Source of the DNA: Hormiphora californensis
Lineage: Eukaryota > Animalia > Ctenophora
Assembly (NCBI GenBank): GCA_020137815.1
Contig: CM035355.1
Span: 1 to 64,000, forward strand
DNA length: 64,000 nt
Reading direction: 5' to 3'
The translations under genes were made by a program, and so were the position numbers. Positions 35,712 to 49,000 of the stretch are shown piece after piece; the stretch's first letter is position 1, and each line of letters starts with the position of its first letter. The notes beneath the pieces are model-generated. The model did not search any database, had not been told where the DNA came from, and saw nothing but the letters and a program-made list of their open reading frames with translations.

Positions 35712-38700
35712 GGTGGGCGGACTCTAGTGCTAACGGACTCTTTATCTAAATCCAATGCGGACTCTATATCTTAAAACGGACTCTTTATCTACAGTTAGAT
35801 TTTGAAAAAAGTTTAGATAAAGAGTCCTCCCTGTGTAGACTTTGTAGATAAAGAGTCCGCCCTGTGTAGAATTTTTAGATATAGAGTCCTCTAGTACATT
35901 TTGGCGCCAAATCCTCCAACCCGGACTCTATGTCTAAAATCCTAACCCAACCCAAAACCTAACCCTAACACTAACCCTAACCTCGAACCCTAACCATAAA
36001 CAATCGAAATCCGTACGACATATTGGCAGGACATCCGACAAACTGTCGTGTGTCCGTCCGATCTTTCTGATGCATCCACTGAGTCTACTATCCGTACAGT
36101 TTGTCGGATGTCCGTCCAGTCTGTATGATGTCCGTCCGAGGGCGGGGTTAGAAACTATCGAATTCCGTACAGGAGTGCAGAGAGTGCTATTGTAAGTACC
36201 ATGTGTGTACGGAATTCGATATTTTCTAACCCTGGCGGAAATAGAACGGTTTGGACGGAATTCGATAGTTTCTAACCAATGGAGTATATAATATATTTTG
36301 GTTAGAGTTCAAGTGTTGTACGGAATTCGATACTTTCTAACCAGGGTTTTGTTGTACGGAATATAAATGATTTGAACGGAATTCGATCATTTCTAACCAA
36401 TAAAGAATCATATTGTTAGTGCTCAGCTTAACAGTATATAGCCTACTGTGGGTTAAATTTGCCCACACGCATATAAAACGGTATCTGTAGGCCATAGTTT
36501 TCATTCAATCTGCCTAGCATTTCTTAAGTCTTACTTTTTGACAATTATCTCTCTGATGATATGAATAATGAAAACCAACTGTATAAGGCGATTGATTTAT
36601 TAGCGATTTGTCAAGCGTTACTCAATACTCATGGTGGTGACATCTCATTGGCTGAAAAACACTCACATGGGAAGGGTTCACATGTCATAAATCGAACACG
36701 TGATATGGTTTCACCACCTGTCATCGTCCAATGGTCTGTAGTGCACTACCCATGTGATAGGGGCCAGGATGGGGAATGGGGGATGCACTGATCACGTGTA
36801 CTAAGAGGTGTTGACATCTTGCCCTGTCACGTGATAACTGGTGCTCTATAGTGCATATTTGAGTGAGCTGTATAAAATGCAAGCAAACCCCATTAAGATC
36901 ACTGATTATACAAATTATCATTTGTTCATGTGAGAGACAAGTGTTATGGCTATCGTTAGATATAAGTTTTAGATTGAAAAGTCAATCCAAAAGCGAAATA
37001 TGGGCCTTAGAGTGTCGTGTGGGCAATATTAACCCACAATAGGCGGCTCTTATACCCCTGCGGCTGGATACTGTTAACACCAATGCTGATCTGCCAGCCA
37101 AATTTGGCCAAATCACCATTTATGCCAATCTAAGTGATTTTGACCGGTAGGCGGTAAATGTTAACCAGATCTGTGAGAATTTCGCACGTTTTTGCCCATA
37201 ACTCAGCCATTTCTTGACCAATTTGCAAAATCTTTGGCTCATTGGAAAGAAGACATTGAGATCTCTCAAATGAGCTCAAGAAAATGAAAATTGGCGCAAA
37301 TTGCGCGGCGTGGTGGCGAAAACGCGCATTTTGCTCAATGTCCTCTTTCCAACGCGCCCAAGATTTTGTAAATTGGTCAAGAAATGACTGAGTTATGGAC
37401 AAAAACGTGATTTTGCACGTACGTTTTCTCTCAGATCTGGTTAACATTTACCGCCTACCTTTTTGACCTGTTTGACTTCATTTAAAGAGCTGAAAGTTAT
37501 CTTCAGATGCCAAGCACTGTCTGAGGTCATTTATGCATAAACAATTTTGTGATTTTTGAGTCATATATGTCCAAAATTGACCAAAAAACGCTATATTGGC
37601 TCGATTTTGGCCAAAAAACTTAATAAAAGTAAGTAGTAATAAGCGGATAACTGTATCGACAACATTAATGCAACAATTTATTCGATTAAAAACAGTTAAG
37701 ATGACTTTGTTACAAAATTGACTTTTTCGACCCGAAATTGCACTTCACTATGAAGACGGTACAATAGGCTAGTACTAAACAGTTAAATGCAGTCTGAGTG
37801 ATAATGTGTTTTACAAAATTCCAAAAAAAATTACACCATCTGAAAGAGGACGTTGAGACGTGAAGGTTAGGCCAGCTTAACCTTAAAAAAAGTTAATTGG
37901 TCAATTAGATAATTGATCAATTATGTCCAAAATTGACCAAAAATGACCTGGTGTTCTGGAAGGATAGACTTATGTTATGATCTGAAAATTCAACTAAAAA
38001 TTACATAGCTGGATAGATAATCCCTTGATGTATCTTTTTCTTGCCAAGTTAGACTGTTTTTCGCGCGCCCCGTGGGCGAAATACAGTCAAGCTTATTCAA
38101 ATAAGTACGATCTGGTCCGCGATACTGCGTTGTGGGGCTCACGTGCGGGTTATGAAATGCTGAAAATCACTGTCTCTCACTTTGAGTGAGAGAGAGCTGA
38201 TCACATACACGAGCTGATCACACTGCGCTCTCCCTTGCATTCTAATCACTGTCTCTCACTTTTAGTGAGAGAGAGTTTATCACGTGCACGAGCTGATCAC
38301 GTGAGCAAGCGTGTACAGAAACACATAACCCTACATTTACAAATGTAAAGGGAGGGTTAGAACATAACAATCTTTTTCCATTCTTAAAACTTCAAAATAA
38401 TCAACCACTAATTAGCAGTGATTAACTAAAGTAGCACTTAAAAATAAAATGTGTCGGATTTCCGTACACTGTGTTCCTAACCGTGGGCCTGGCAGGAAAT
38501 CGATTGATCTTAACCGCGCCCTCGCTGGCAGGAATTCGATTGTTTATGGCCCAAATAACGGCCCTAACACTTCTAAATTAGTATAGGGGTAGAGCAAACT
38601 CTTGTTTCCGGCCTAACGGCCGAAATCTCGAGTTCGCGGCGAAAGGCGGACTCTATTTCTAATTTAGATTTATGTAGATATAGAGTCCACTTTGTTTAGA

Positions 38701-38835
38701 CTTTTTAGATAAAGAGTCCGCCCTGTGTAGACTTTTTAGATAAAGAGTCCTCCTAGAGTTTAGAATTATTTGGACTCTTTATCTAAATCTAAATTTAGAT
38801 ATAGAGTCCTCTTTAGACTTAGAGTGTAGCACACC
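35712..38835. mobile_element. Non-autonomous MULE-like element P (9-bp TSD) with subterminal repeats, a telomere-like tract and nested MITEs
   Basis: TSD GGTAAACCC at 35703-35711 and 38836-38844. GGTG..CACC termini. Many GGACTCT(T/A)TATCTA motifs in both orientations at both ends. Nested TIR element at 36441-37044 and MITE C at 37146-37459. Confidence 0.8.
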
Positions 38836-39026
38836 GGTAAACCCTATCCTTTTGGTTTGGCAAACGATGAAGAAAAACTTCAGGTGTGCCATCAAGTGAT
38901 TTCGTTTTGCTGTTTATTCGGTACTAGAACTTCCTTTGTCGTATACCTATACTTTCGTAACACTAACAGTGGGCAACTTGATATGGTCAGATTAGAGAGG
39001 TTCTAGAAAAAGAGCTTAGACATTTC

Positions 39027-39073
<47 letters not shown>

Positions 39074-39731
39074 TCTATCCATATATCTACCGAACATTCT
39101 TTTCCTTCTAAAATAGCATAGAATAACACGCCGGAGAGGGAACTATTTCTGTCTCTATAATACTTCTTATTACCCATCCACTCCATTCGTGACTTCATAC
39201 ACTTCGCATTTGCCCACATTTATGTGTTCTTAGAACTTATTTTTCAAATCTTTACAGTGCCGCTTGTAGATAGTGGAGATACCGTAGCGGTACGCAGACG
39301 CACCGTTTTTGGGTACTAAACTAATAAATTGCCATTGTTTAGCACTATCTAGCTCTGTGATTGGTGAAGCCTGCACGTCTTCTTACCGTGTTTCACTGAT
39401 ACCGTATTTAGGAGGGTGAGATTCCTTCCTACGCCTCATGGAGTGCAGGCCGGGGTTAACGTCTAGCACACCCCATCACTCGAGAGAGGTTTAGCGAGTA
39501 ATCTACGGACTGTATTAGACTGTATTACGGACTGTATTAGACTCTCACTTGGCAGCGAAGCTGCCAACTTCGTCGGAGATGGGGGTGGAGCGCGAGCGAC
39601 TGAGTCACTCGCACGCCACGTACAGGGTATAGCGCGATGTGCCCAAGACTCGATCTCACAGATGTGGATGAGTTCAGTTATTTTCCTTCTAGCCAGTTCT
39701 GGCAGGTTATAACAAGATGAACAGTGAACTA

Positions 39732-40937
39732 CAGGGTGTCCCACTGTCTTTGCATCACCTGTGATTTTGGATGATGAGTGGGTTCCATTCAAATGCCCAT
39801 AACTCATCGAAAAGTAGGTCAAAACGGCTCAACTAAAAACAGTGTTGTAGAGAATTGTCAGGCGCACATTTGGGTACAAGATTGATGTTCCAAGTCTTAC
39901 CAACCGTCAGATTAATCGTCTTAAAGTCAAAAATACGTGTTCATGAAATCCGACCGGGGTTCACGTTTTGAAAAATTCACAAATGCAAAGTTGCTCGGAT
40001 CACATTGCATCCCTCATAAGAGTTGTAGGAAATTGTCTGGCGGTCATTTTGGTACCCGGGTTTTTATCCTAGCTCAATGTTTAGAGTGTCTTATGACTGT
40101 CAGAACTGGAATTTTCCCAAAAGTGGTCTCAGGTATCACATTACATTTTGCCCTGTTATGAAGCTCATAGCTGCTTGAATAACATCTTTGATCTTAGTGC
40201 ATGATAGGGTTGAGATAGACCACTTGCGTATCCTACACATTAACAGGGGCCTTGCCAAATCGTCATAACAACCCTGTCAAGTGTCTAGATGAAATTGAGA
40301 CGATATGTGCTGATTATCATGGGATTACACACGACACCGAGCCACCTAATTAGGGGTTGTGAGCCGATACCAACTAGGACTCAGCATAGACAAATCTCCA
40401 TGTTCCTACAGTCATAACGCAACTAAAACGTAGATCTAAGGAAAAAATCATGGTATCAAAATGAACCTCAGACGATTCCAATCAAGCTCTTATAAATTTC
40501 AAATCATTTTACCCATTTGTTGATGACACGTGATCCCCTCAAAAATGTTGGTTGAATTGCGTCTTTAGACAGTCATAAGACACCTTAAACATTAAGCTAG
40601 GATAAAAATGCGGGTACCAAAATGACCGCCAGACGATTCCCTACAACTCTTATGAGGGATGCAATGTGATCCGAGCAACTTTGCATTTGTGAATTTTTCA
40701 AATTGTGAACCCCGGTCGGATTTCATAATCACGTACTTGTGACTTTACGACGATATATCTAACGATTGGTAAGACTTGGAACATCAATCGTGTACCCAAA
40801 TGTGCGCCTGACAATTCTCTATAACACTGTTTTTGGTTGAGCCGTTTTGACCTACTTTTCGATGAGTTATGGGCATTTGAATGGAACCCACTCATCACCC
40901 AAAATCACAGGTGATGCAAAGACAGTGGGACACCCTG
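39732..40937. mobile_element. Tc1/mariner-type non-autonomous element R (TA TSD, ~370-bp TIRs)
   Basis: TA|CAGGGTGTCCCACTGTCTTTGC...GCAAAGACAGTGGGACACCCTG|TA. Confidence 0.88.
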
Positions 40938-41494
40938 TACTATAACTATACTTTCACTGTTTATCTCTTCATCTCGCTGCCTATCTATTCATCTCACCGT
41001 GTGGGGCAGTAGTTCCAGATATCGTGGAGCGCTAAAATTTGGTACAGTAACTCTATGAGACATATAATTTATGAGGCTAATATTATTTATTAGCCTATTT
41101 ATTCCCACATTAGCCTATTTATTCCCACATTTGATGGTACCCAATTTCAGACGGCCATAGATCCACCCCCTGATAAGATAGAGACTCGAAATTTGTTTTG
41201 TAAGGAGATCATGTCGAGTTCTTTTTACACAACAAATTTCAAGTCTCTATCTCACCAGGGAGTGGAGCTATGACCGTCTGAAATCTGGCGCTGGCAAGCA
41301 ATTCACGCCAACTGTGTTTGCTGGGTACTTTAAATCGGTAACTATGGAGACTGAATTTCTAAATTAAGTTCCGAAATAATCACTAACTGCCAGCAGAGTT
41401 TAAACATCTGCTCCCAAGAAGAAGGCCGGCTGTTAAACGTATTTCATTACCCACTTTTGAGTTTTCCATCATATTTTCATTCGGCACTCCCATT

Positions 41495-42445
41495 TAGGTG
41501 CCGGCAGGCACCTCCGACCCGAAGAAAACAGCAAAAAACGAAAAAAAGAAAAAAAAATTTTTTGCCCTTGCACAAAAACCCAAAAATGCCGGCCCTATTA
41601 AGAACAAAGAAAGGTCTTTTTTTTGGGGGGGGGGGGGGGGCAAAAAACATGTCAACGATTGTGGCCACACCGTTTGAGATATCGACTTGAAATTTTGTAG
41701 GCATGTTCTTGTAGTATTCCTTTGTGTCATGACGTTGGCGGATTTTTGAATTTTTAATTAATTAATTAATTATAGGTAATTAAAAATGGTGCAAGGGCAC
41801 CGTGCCCTTGCACATTGCGTGTTCTGTCCCTTGCACCGCGCCCTTGCACCAAATTCTATTTTCCGTTCTGCTTAAAATATCGACTTGAAACTTTGTAGGA
41901 ATGTTCTTCAATCATAAAAGATGATGTTCGAAAAGTGGGAATAGTCAAAATTAATTAATTAGTTAGTTAGAGCCGTGCAAAAAATGGAATTTGGTGCAAG
42001 GGCAGGCAATGTGCAAGGGCAAATGGTGCAAGGGCAGCCCTTGCACCAATTTTATGATCGAACTGTGTCCACACCGTTTAATATTTTGACACGAAACTTT
42101 CTATGCATGTTCTAGTAGCATAACTACGAGTACTAGAAGAGCCGTATGATTAATATATCAATTAGGTAATTAATTATAGGCAAATTAATCAAAATTTGCC
42201 CTTGCACAATTTGTGCAAATTTCCCCTGAACATGTGCCCTTGCACCATTTTGTTTGCCCATGCACTAAATTATAATTTCCGTTATGCTTAAAATATCGAC
42301 TTGAAACTTTCTAGGAATGTTCTTCATGCATAAAACATATAATATAATCTACAGAAAGTGGGAATAGTCAAAATTAATTAATTAATTACTTAGAGATTAA
42401 TTTTGGGGTGGCCCCTGCACAATTTTGGCAAATTTGATATTCAAA
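41495..42445. repeat. Unclassified repeat with recurrent GCCCTTGCAC and AATTAATTAATT motifs
   Basis: Many GCCCTTGCAC/GTGCAAGGGC copies in both orientations. Repeated ATATCGACTTGAAA blocks. Terminal hairpin AGGTGCCggcaGGCACCT. Confidence 0.5.
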
Positions 42446-42541
42446 CTTTGAGCCTTTGTGAAAGTAATGAAAATTATTTATTTCAGGTTATGATGAACAA
42501 TAAGCTATAAAAACGCCCCTTTTTGTTACACAAGCCTGTGC

Positions 42542-42621
42542 TTGGTATCGAAGACACCTCACACTCTGTCGCCGGGCGACCTTCGCGTGCACACGCTGGC
42601 AAGGGGTAACTTCGTAACCAA
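42542..42621. mobile_element. 80-bp hairpin-ended element (family T) with 9-bp TSD
   Basis: TSD AGCCTGTGC at 42533-42541 and 42622-42630. Consists only of the two ends of the 58594-59749 element, in inverted orientation. Confidence 0.88.
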
Positions 42622-43315
42622 AGCCTGTGCATTGTGCATAATGAAATGGATAAATTTTCATCCAGTTGCTGGCGATAGAACTCGATAGAGTTCGATTGAT
42701 TTACCATGACAACGGAGTTGGTTACCATACTAACCAGAGAATTCGTTGTAAAATAGTCCTTTCTTGCTATAAACTCGGCCTTTAGATAGAAAATTGATTT
42801 TATTCTACTCGCACTAATGCAAGGGCATTTCACAGTTTGGTGCCGTTATTTTTGTCTCTATTTTTAATAGGATTTTGGGATTAGACTGAAAGTATGGGAT
42901 CATTTGAGAAGTAGTGAAGATTTGAAAATGTTAGCAACTTGCCGGTTCGACAAACTAAACCCATATGATTCCAACTTCGGGTCGGACGAGGGGAAGCTTG
43001 CCTTTTGCGAACATAATAATGGGTGTGGAATACATGTCACAAAGACATGTGAGAGAGCTGATGCTTGTGAGAAATGTAACCTCCTGATGAGGTTGACCAA
43101 TTAAGTGAAATGTGATCAGATCAGCAGGAGAACAGCAGACGACCCGAAACAACTGTTCAAACTTGAAACCGTGTTCATGGCAACAGGACCTTAATGACGT
43201 GATCACGCGTGACTGTGCTGTCATGTCAGGAACACGCGGAGAGGAAGTTCTGTCAAAACCCATCAGGGTATTCAATTACATTATTATTAATGAATTTGTT
43301 ATTATTTATTATTAA

Positions 43316-43784
43316 AGTGAGAGTGGACCGAATCAGAATCGGACAAGTTTGTTGTAGGTAGTAGGGATAAGCTTTCTGAGCATTTTGCGTTTTTGCCGCT
43401 CAAAATCGACCCACCCATCACTGAGATATTTTTGTTATGTTGGGAGAACTCCTGTTTAATCAGTATCTATAAAACATAATAGAAACAATCGTGGTGTTTT
43501 ACTAACACATTCTGAATATAAGCAGTGAGGTTGACATGTCCATGCAAAGAAGCAGGGCAATGCAAGCCTTCATATTAAAAGTTTAAAGAATGTGTTAGTA
43601 AAACACAAGGATTGTTTCTATCACGTTTGGTAAATATTGATCCAGCAGGAATTCTCCCAACATAACAAAAATATCTCAGTGATGGGTGGGTCGATTTTGA
43701 GCGGCAAAAACGCAAAATGCTCAGAAAGCTAATCTCTACTACCTACAACAAACTTGTCCAATTCTGATCCGGTCCACTCTCACT
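43316..43784. mobile_element. MITE family A
   Basis: TTAA TSD on both sides; full TIRs. Confidence 0.92.
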
Positions 43785-43797
43785 TTAATTATGAATT

Positions 43798-45287
43798 TGG
43801 TTCTCACATCACATTTGGTCAGAGCTCCCTTATCTCTGTTTTGCTTGTGAACCGTTGCGAATCTCTCTAATTGTGAGATATCTATCTCTCCTGCTATGAG
43901 TGGTAGTACAGCCTCTGCTTTTAGTTTCAAAGACCGGCTGAGAGTGTATAGCGATGAAAGGGTACAGAGAAGAGTTTATGGTGAAGTGCAGGGCGAGTTT
44001 TTTGTTCAATACTCATGCTGGTATTAAGGATTCCTTCCCTAAAAGTTTGACTGCTGGCCGTAGTGTGTGGGATAGTTTAAAGTGTCCCAGTAAGAGTAAG
44101 ATCAAGGGGATAAAGAAGCCAGAACTAGAGGACTTCACAGAGAAAGTGTGCCATTTCCTAATGGAGAGGTGTTACCCTCTGCTTGATCGTCTTAGTAATG
44201 AAGTTGAGGACAGTGAAAGGAGGCTATTGGATAGTCAAGAGGAGTTGGTTGCTTCTCAGAGAGCATTGGTGGAGGCCCAGGGACAGCTTGTTAAGTTGCA
44301 GTGCGAGTTGTTGGAGAAGCGAGATAAGGAGATCTCTGCAGTACAGTCTACAGCAGAAGAGGAAATTAAGACCTTTTCTTCTGTCCTCAAGAAGCAATGC
44401 GACACTGCCCTGGCTCCTAAGCGAATCAGCACAGCAATTAGTAGTGCAACGGACGACAGGATGAGCAACGTGATTGTCCATGGGTTGTTGGATTGTAAAA
44501 GTGAAAACAACCACGATTTGGATATAGATGTCAGACGCCTTTTTGATTGTATGGGTGAGTGTACTACCGATGTTTGGGGTATGGAGCGCCTCGGTAGGTG
44601 CAAGGAGGGTACTGACCGACCAGTAAAGCTGCGGTTGAGTGGCCGGCATTTCCGAGATCGAATTCTATCCTGCAAGAATACACGGTCGCTTGTAGTGGAA
44701 AAACGGTAATGGAAAACGAAGATACAGTAAGACGACGCGCAACCGTGACCAATCAGGGCGCTAGTACGTGCTGACACATGAACTTTTTGCCGCGCGTTAT
44801 GCACCGTGCGTGTCTCCTTACTGTATTTTCATTACGGTAATTTGACTACAAGCAGCACTGATAGTCTGAAGAAATCTAAAGATTACAGTAAAACTTTCAT
44901 ATCCCCCGATCGTTCTCCCGAGGAGAGAGAGGAGAGGAGGAAGTTGGTTGCTGACCTGAGGGCGAGGAAGGAGGCGGAACCTGGGAAGACCTTTGGGATC
45001 AGAGGAGGCAAGGTTGTGGAGGTGGTGATTTGAGTGTGTGGGCGTGTGTGTGTGGACTGTGGGACTGATTATACATTAATTGCTAGGTTTTGTGACCAGA
45101 TTTTTGAGCATCAGAGCACTGGACATTAAACTGGATTATTATAGACATTATAACTTTATTATATATATTTTTAAGGGTTTGCAGCAAAGGCGAACCGCTC
45201 TGATGCTCCGTGTTACTAGGGTTTTTAGATTCTAGTATTCTACGGGGTCTGAGCGTGTATACAAATGCTGATATTATTATTATTATT
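43798..45287 (+). mobile_element. Complete ORF1-only non-autonomous LINE derivative (HAL1-like organisation)
   Basis: ATG 43954 to TGA 45033 is a single 298-aa ORF1-type frame once the 180-bp MITE and one TSD are removed. ~240-bp 3' UTR, (ATT)n tail, flanking direct repeat ATTATGAATT at 43788-43797 and 45288-45297. No ORF2. Confidence 0.8.
44681..44860. mobile_element. 180-bp MITE (CA..TG termini, ATA TSD) interrupting ORF1
   Basis: CACGGTCGCTTGTAGT...ACTACAAGCAGCACTG. Excision restores ILSCKNSLKK in frame. Confidence 0.82.
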
Positions 45288-46013
45288 ATTATGAATTAGT
45301 GTGTACGTGCACGATTTCCTTCTTTAGTTACCAAATAGTCCGGAACAGCACAACTTCAGCTCGCACGAAATTTTTAATGAAGGAGCAGTCTGTCGCGTAG
45401 AAACGCACTGAACGAACGACTTCGACTTCGACGTGACATCTTCAAATTATAATATAGACTAGCACACCCATTGGGTGCACCTCAAGTAAGGGTTTTTTGA
45501 TAACCCACCCGGCTTCGCCGTGTGTGTGTGTTTAGCACCTCCCATCATTCCAACCCACTTAGCTGCCCTGTAAGGCCGACCCTTAGGAATTCACCTCTCG
45601 CCACATGTCCCCACACGAAAAGGTCACATGTCGGTGTTCTCCAGGTCGGGCCTCAGTTCACCCAGCAGACCACGCAGAGGGGATAGGGGATCTTACTCCC
45701 CCCTAGTAGTAGAGTCGATAACTACATCGACCTCTCCTAATTGTTCCAGTTTTTGTCACATCTGTTTGTTGGCCACATTGATGCCTGAGTGAGATCGAGG
45801 TCGCGCAGCGACCGAGATCGATCTCACATCTAGGTCTCCGGCCCGTTATTGATTTTAGAGCAAACTTTTTCAAAGACCTGGCTGCAAGGAACTACTGAAC
45901 CGATTTGCATCTCGTTTGTTGCTCTTGGCAGATAATTGTCTCTAGTTTTACGGAAAATACCCGCGAGCATCAGCATTTGGGGAATAGTGGGTCAAAATTG
46001 ACGCTAAACATGA

Positions 46014-49000
46014 GGTACTACCCGCATCCTCCATATCCTTAAATCGATAGTGTTTACGCAGTAAATACAGAGCGAATGCAGAGTGAATGCAGAGCGAATG
46101 CAGAGTGAATGCAGAGTGAATGCAGAGCGAATGCAGAGTGAATGCAGAGCGAATGCAGAGTGAATGCAGAGTGAATGCAGAGTGGTTCCAGAGTGAATAC
46201 GCAGTGAATGCAGAGTGAATACGCAATCATTGGGGATATCCTACCAGAACTGTTTACGCAGTGAATACAGAGTGAATACGCAGTGAATACAGAGTGAATA
46301 CGCAGTGAATGCAGAGCGAATACGCAATCATTGGTAATATCCTACCAGAACTAGAATGTAAATACTAGAATGTAAATACGCAGTGATAAAAAAATTGGAT
46401 ATTGTTGCTACAACCCGAAAAAAATTGGTTTTGTCTCTCTCTCTCTCTCCCTCTCTATCTCCCTCTCCCTCTCCCTCTCTATCTCTATCTCTATCTCTAT
46501 CTCTATGTCACTCTCTCTATCTCTATCTCCCTCTCTATCTCCCTCTCCCTCTCTATCTCTATCTCTATCTCTATCTCTATCTCTATCTCCCTCTCTCTAT
46601 CTCCCTCTCCCTCTCTATCGCTATCTCTATCTCTATCTCTAACTCTCTATCTCTCTATCTCTCTATCTCCCTCTCTCTATCTCCCTCTCTATCTCTATCT
46701 CTATCTCTATCTCTATCTCTATCTCTATCTCTATCTCTATCTCCCTCTCTATCTCCCTCTCTATCTCTATCTCTATCTCTATCTCTATCTCTATCTCTAT
46801 CTCTATCTCTATCTCTATCTCTATCTCTATCTCTATCTCTATCTCTATCTCTATCTCTATCTCCCTCTCTATCTCTATCTCTATCTCTATCTCTATCTCT
46901 ATCTCTATCTCTATCTCTATCTCTATCTCTATCTCTATTTCTATTTCTATCTCTCTATCTCCCTCTCCCTCTCTATCTCCCTCTCCCTTTTGTTTGCGTT
47001 ACCGGCCTCATGCCTGTTTGCTTGTGACTTACCATAATCGGCCATGTGACCTGCCATAATCGACCATGTGATTCCATAATCGACCTTGTGATCTGTCATA
47101 ATCAGCGATGTGACCTGTCATAATCGGCCATCTGATCTGCTTTAATCGGCCATGCGATCTGCTTTAATCGGCGACATGATCACGACGTGATTATGACCAA
47201 TCAAGGTCAAAAGGGGGTTTGAGGGGTGACCTCGCTCCGACTTCTATGCTCCAAGCACGGGTGTGACAGGGTTCGACATGAGGGGTGAGTGACATGGATT
47301 TCTTTAGATTTAGCTTGAAAAAGCATCGGTTTTGGGACCGTTCCCTCCTCCCAATAGCTTGTTGACAAAGCCCAAAACCAAGCTAGCGGAGGGGGATTAA
47401 GAGCTCAAACCCCCTTTTGATTTATTTCTCCCGGCGAAAACTCTGTGGTCCCCAGCGTTGCCCGACTTGGCCGCCATGTTGTGCTGAAATGTGCCTCACT
47501 GGACCCATCTCTGGTCGAGCCTGTGTGTGTCAGCTCTGCTCTGTGGAGTATGTGACCTGAAATCTGAAGAGGAAGCCTTGAGACTGATTTTCTACCTGGG
47601 AACAAACTATCCTGAATTTGTCTGAAACTATCCGATTTCCTGTCTCGTCATTGGCTGCTGAGGGAACCAATCAGTGTGCACCATCTGGTGCCCTCCTATT
47701 GGCTAACAAGATCCCCCCTGCAGTACTAAAGGAACCCGGATTTTCCACTCTGACAAGAAACTTCACTTTCACCAAAAGTCATACCACACCATTGTATGCC
47801 CGTTTGAGCTCTTAATCCCCCTCCGCTAGCTTGGTTTTGGGCTTTGTCAACAAGCTATTGGGAGGAGGGAACGGTCCCAAAACCGATGCTTTTTCAAGCT
47901 AAATCTAAAGAAATCCATGTCACTCACCCCTCATGTGGAACCCTGTCACACCCGTGCTTGGAGCATAGAAGTCGGAGCGAGGTCACCCCTCAAACCCCCT
48001 TTTGACCTTGATTGGTCATAATCACGTCGTGATCATATCGCCGATTAAAGCAGATCGCATGGCCGATTAAAGCAGATCAGATGGCCGATTATGACAGGTC
48101 ACATCGCCGATTATGACAGATCACAAGGTCGATTATGGAATCACATGGTCGATTATGGCAGGTCACATGGCCGATTATGGTAAGTCACAAGCAAACAGGC
48201 ATGAGGCCGGTAACGCAAACAAAAGGGAGAGGGAGATAGAGAGGGAGAGGGAGAGGGAGAGATAGAGATAGAGATAGAGATAGAGATAGAGATAGAGATA
48301 GAGATAGAGATAGAGATAGAGATAGAGATAGAGATAGAGATAGAGATAGAGATAGAGATAGAGATAGAGATAGAGATAGAGATAGAGATAGAGATAGAGA
48401 TAGAGATAGAGATAGAGATAGAGATAGAGATAGAGATAGAGATAGAGATAGAGATAGAGATAGAGATAGAGATAGAGATAGAGATAGAGATAGAGATAGA
48501 GATAGAGATAGAGATAGAGATAGAGATAGAGATAGAGATAGAGATAGAGATAGAGATAGAGATAGAGATAGAGATAGAGATAGAGATAGAGATAGAGATA
48601 GAGATAGAGAGGGAGATAGAGAGGGAGATAGAGAGGGAGATAGAGAGGGAGATAGAGATAGAGATAGAGATAGAGATAGAATTAGAGATAGAGAGGGAGA
48701 TAGAGAGGGAGATAGAGAGGGAGATAGAGATAGAGATAGAGATAGAGATAGAGATAGAGATAGAGATAGAGATAGAGATAGAGATAGAGATAGAGATAGA
48801 GATAGAGATAGAGATAGAGATAGAGATAGAGATAGAGAGGGAGATAGAGAGGGAGAGGGAGATAGAGAGAGGGAGATAGAGAGATAGAGAGATAGAGAGT
48901 TAGAGATAGAGATAGAGATAGCGATAGAGAGGGAGAGGGAGATAGAGAGAGGGAGATAGAGATAGAGATAGAGATAGAGAGGGAGAGGGAGATAGAGATA

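Noticed and set aside
35941-35997. True telomere or chromosome fusion site
   Set aside because: Short, degenerate and internal to a TSD-bounded element.
42904-43200. Cys-rich short ORF, possible transposase or exon remnant
   Set aside because: Interrupted by a stop and no motif I can recognise; cannot be supported without a profile search.
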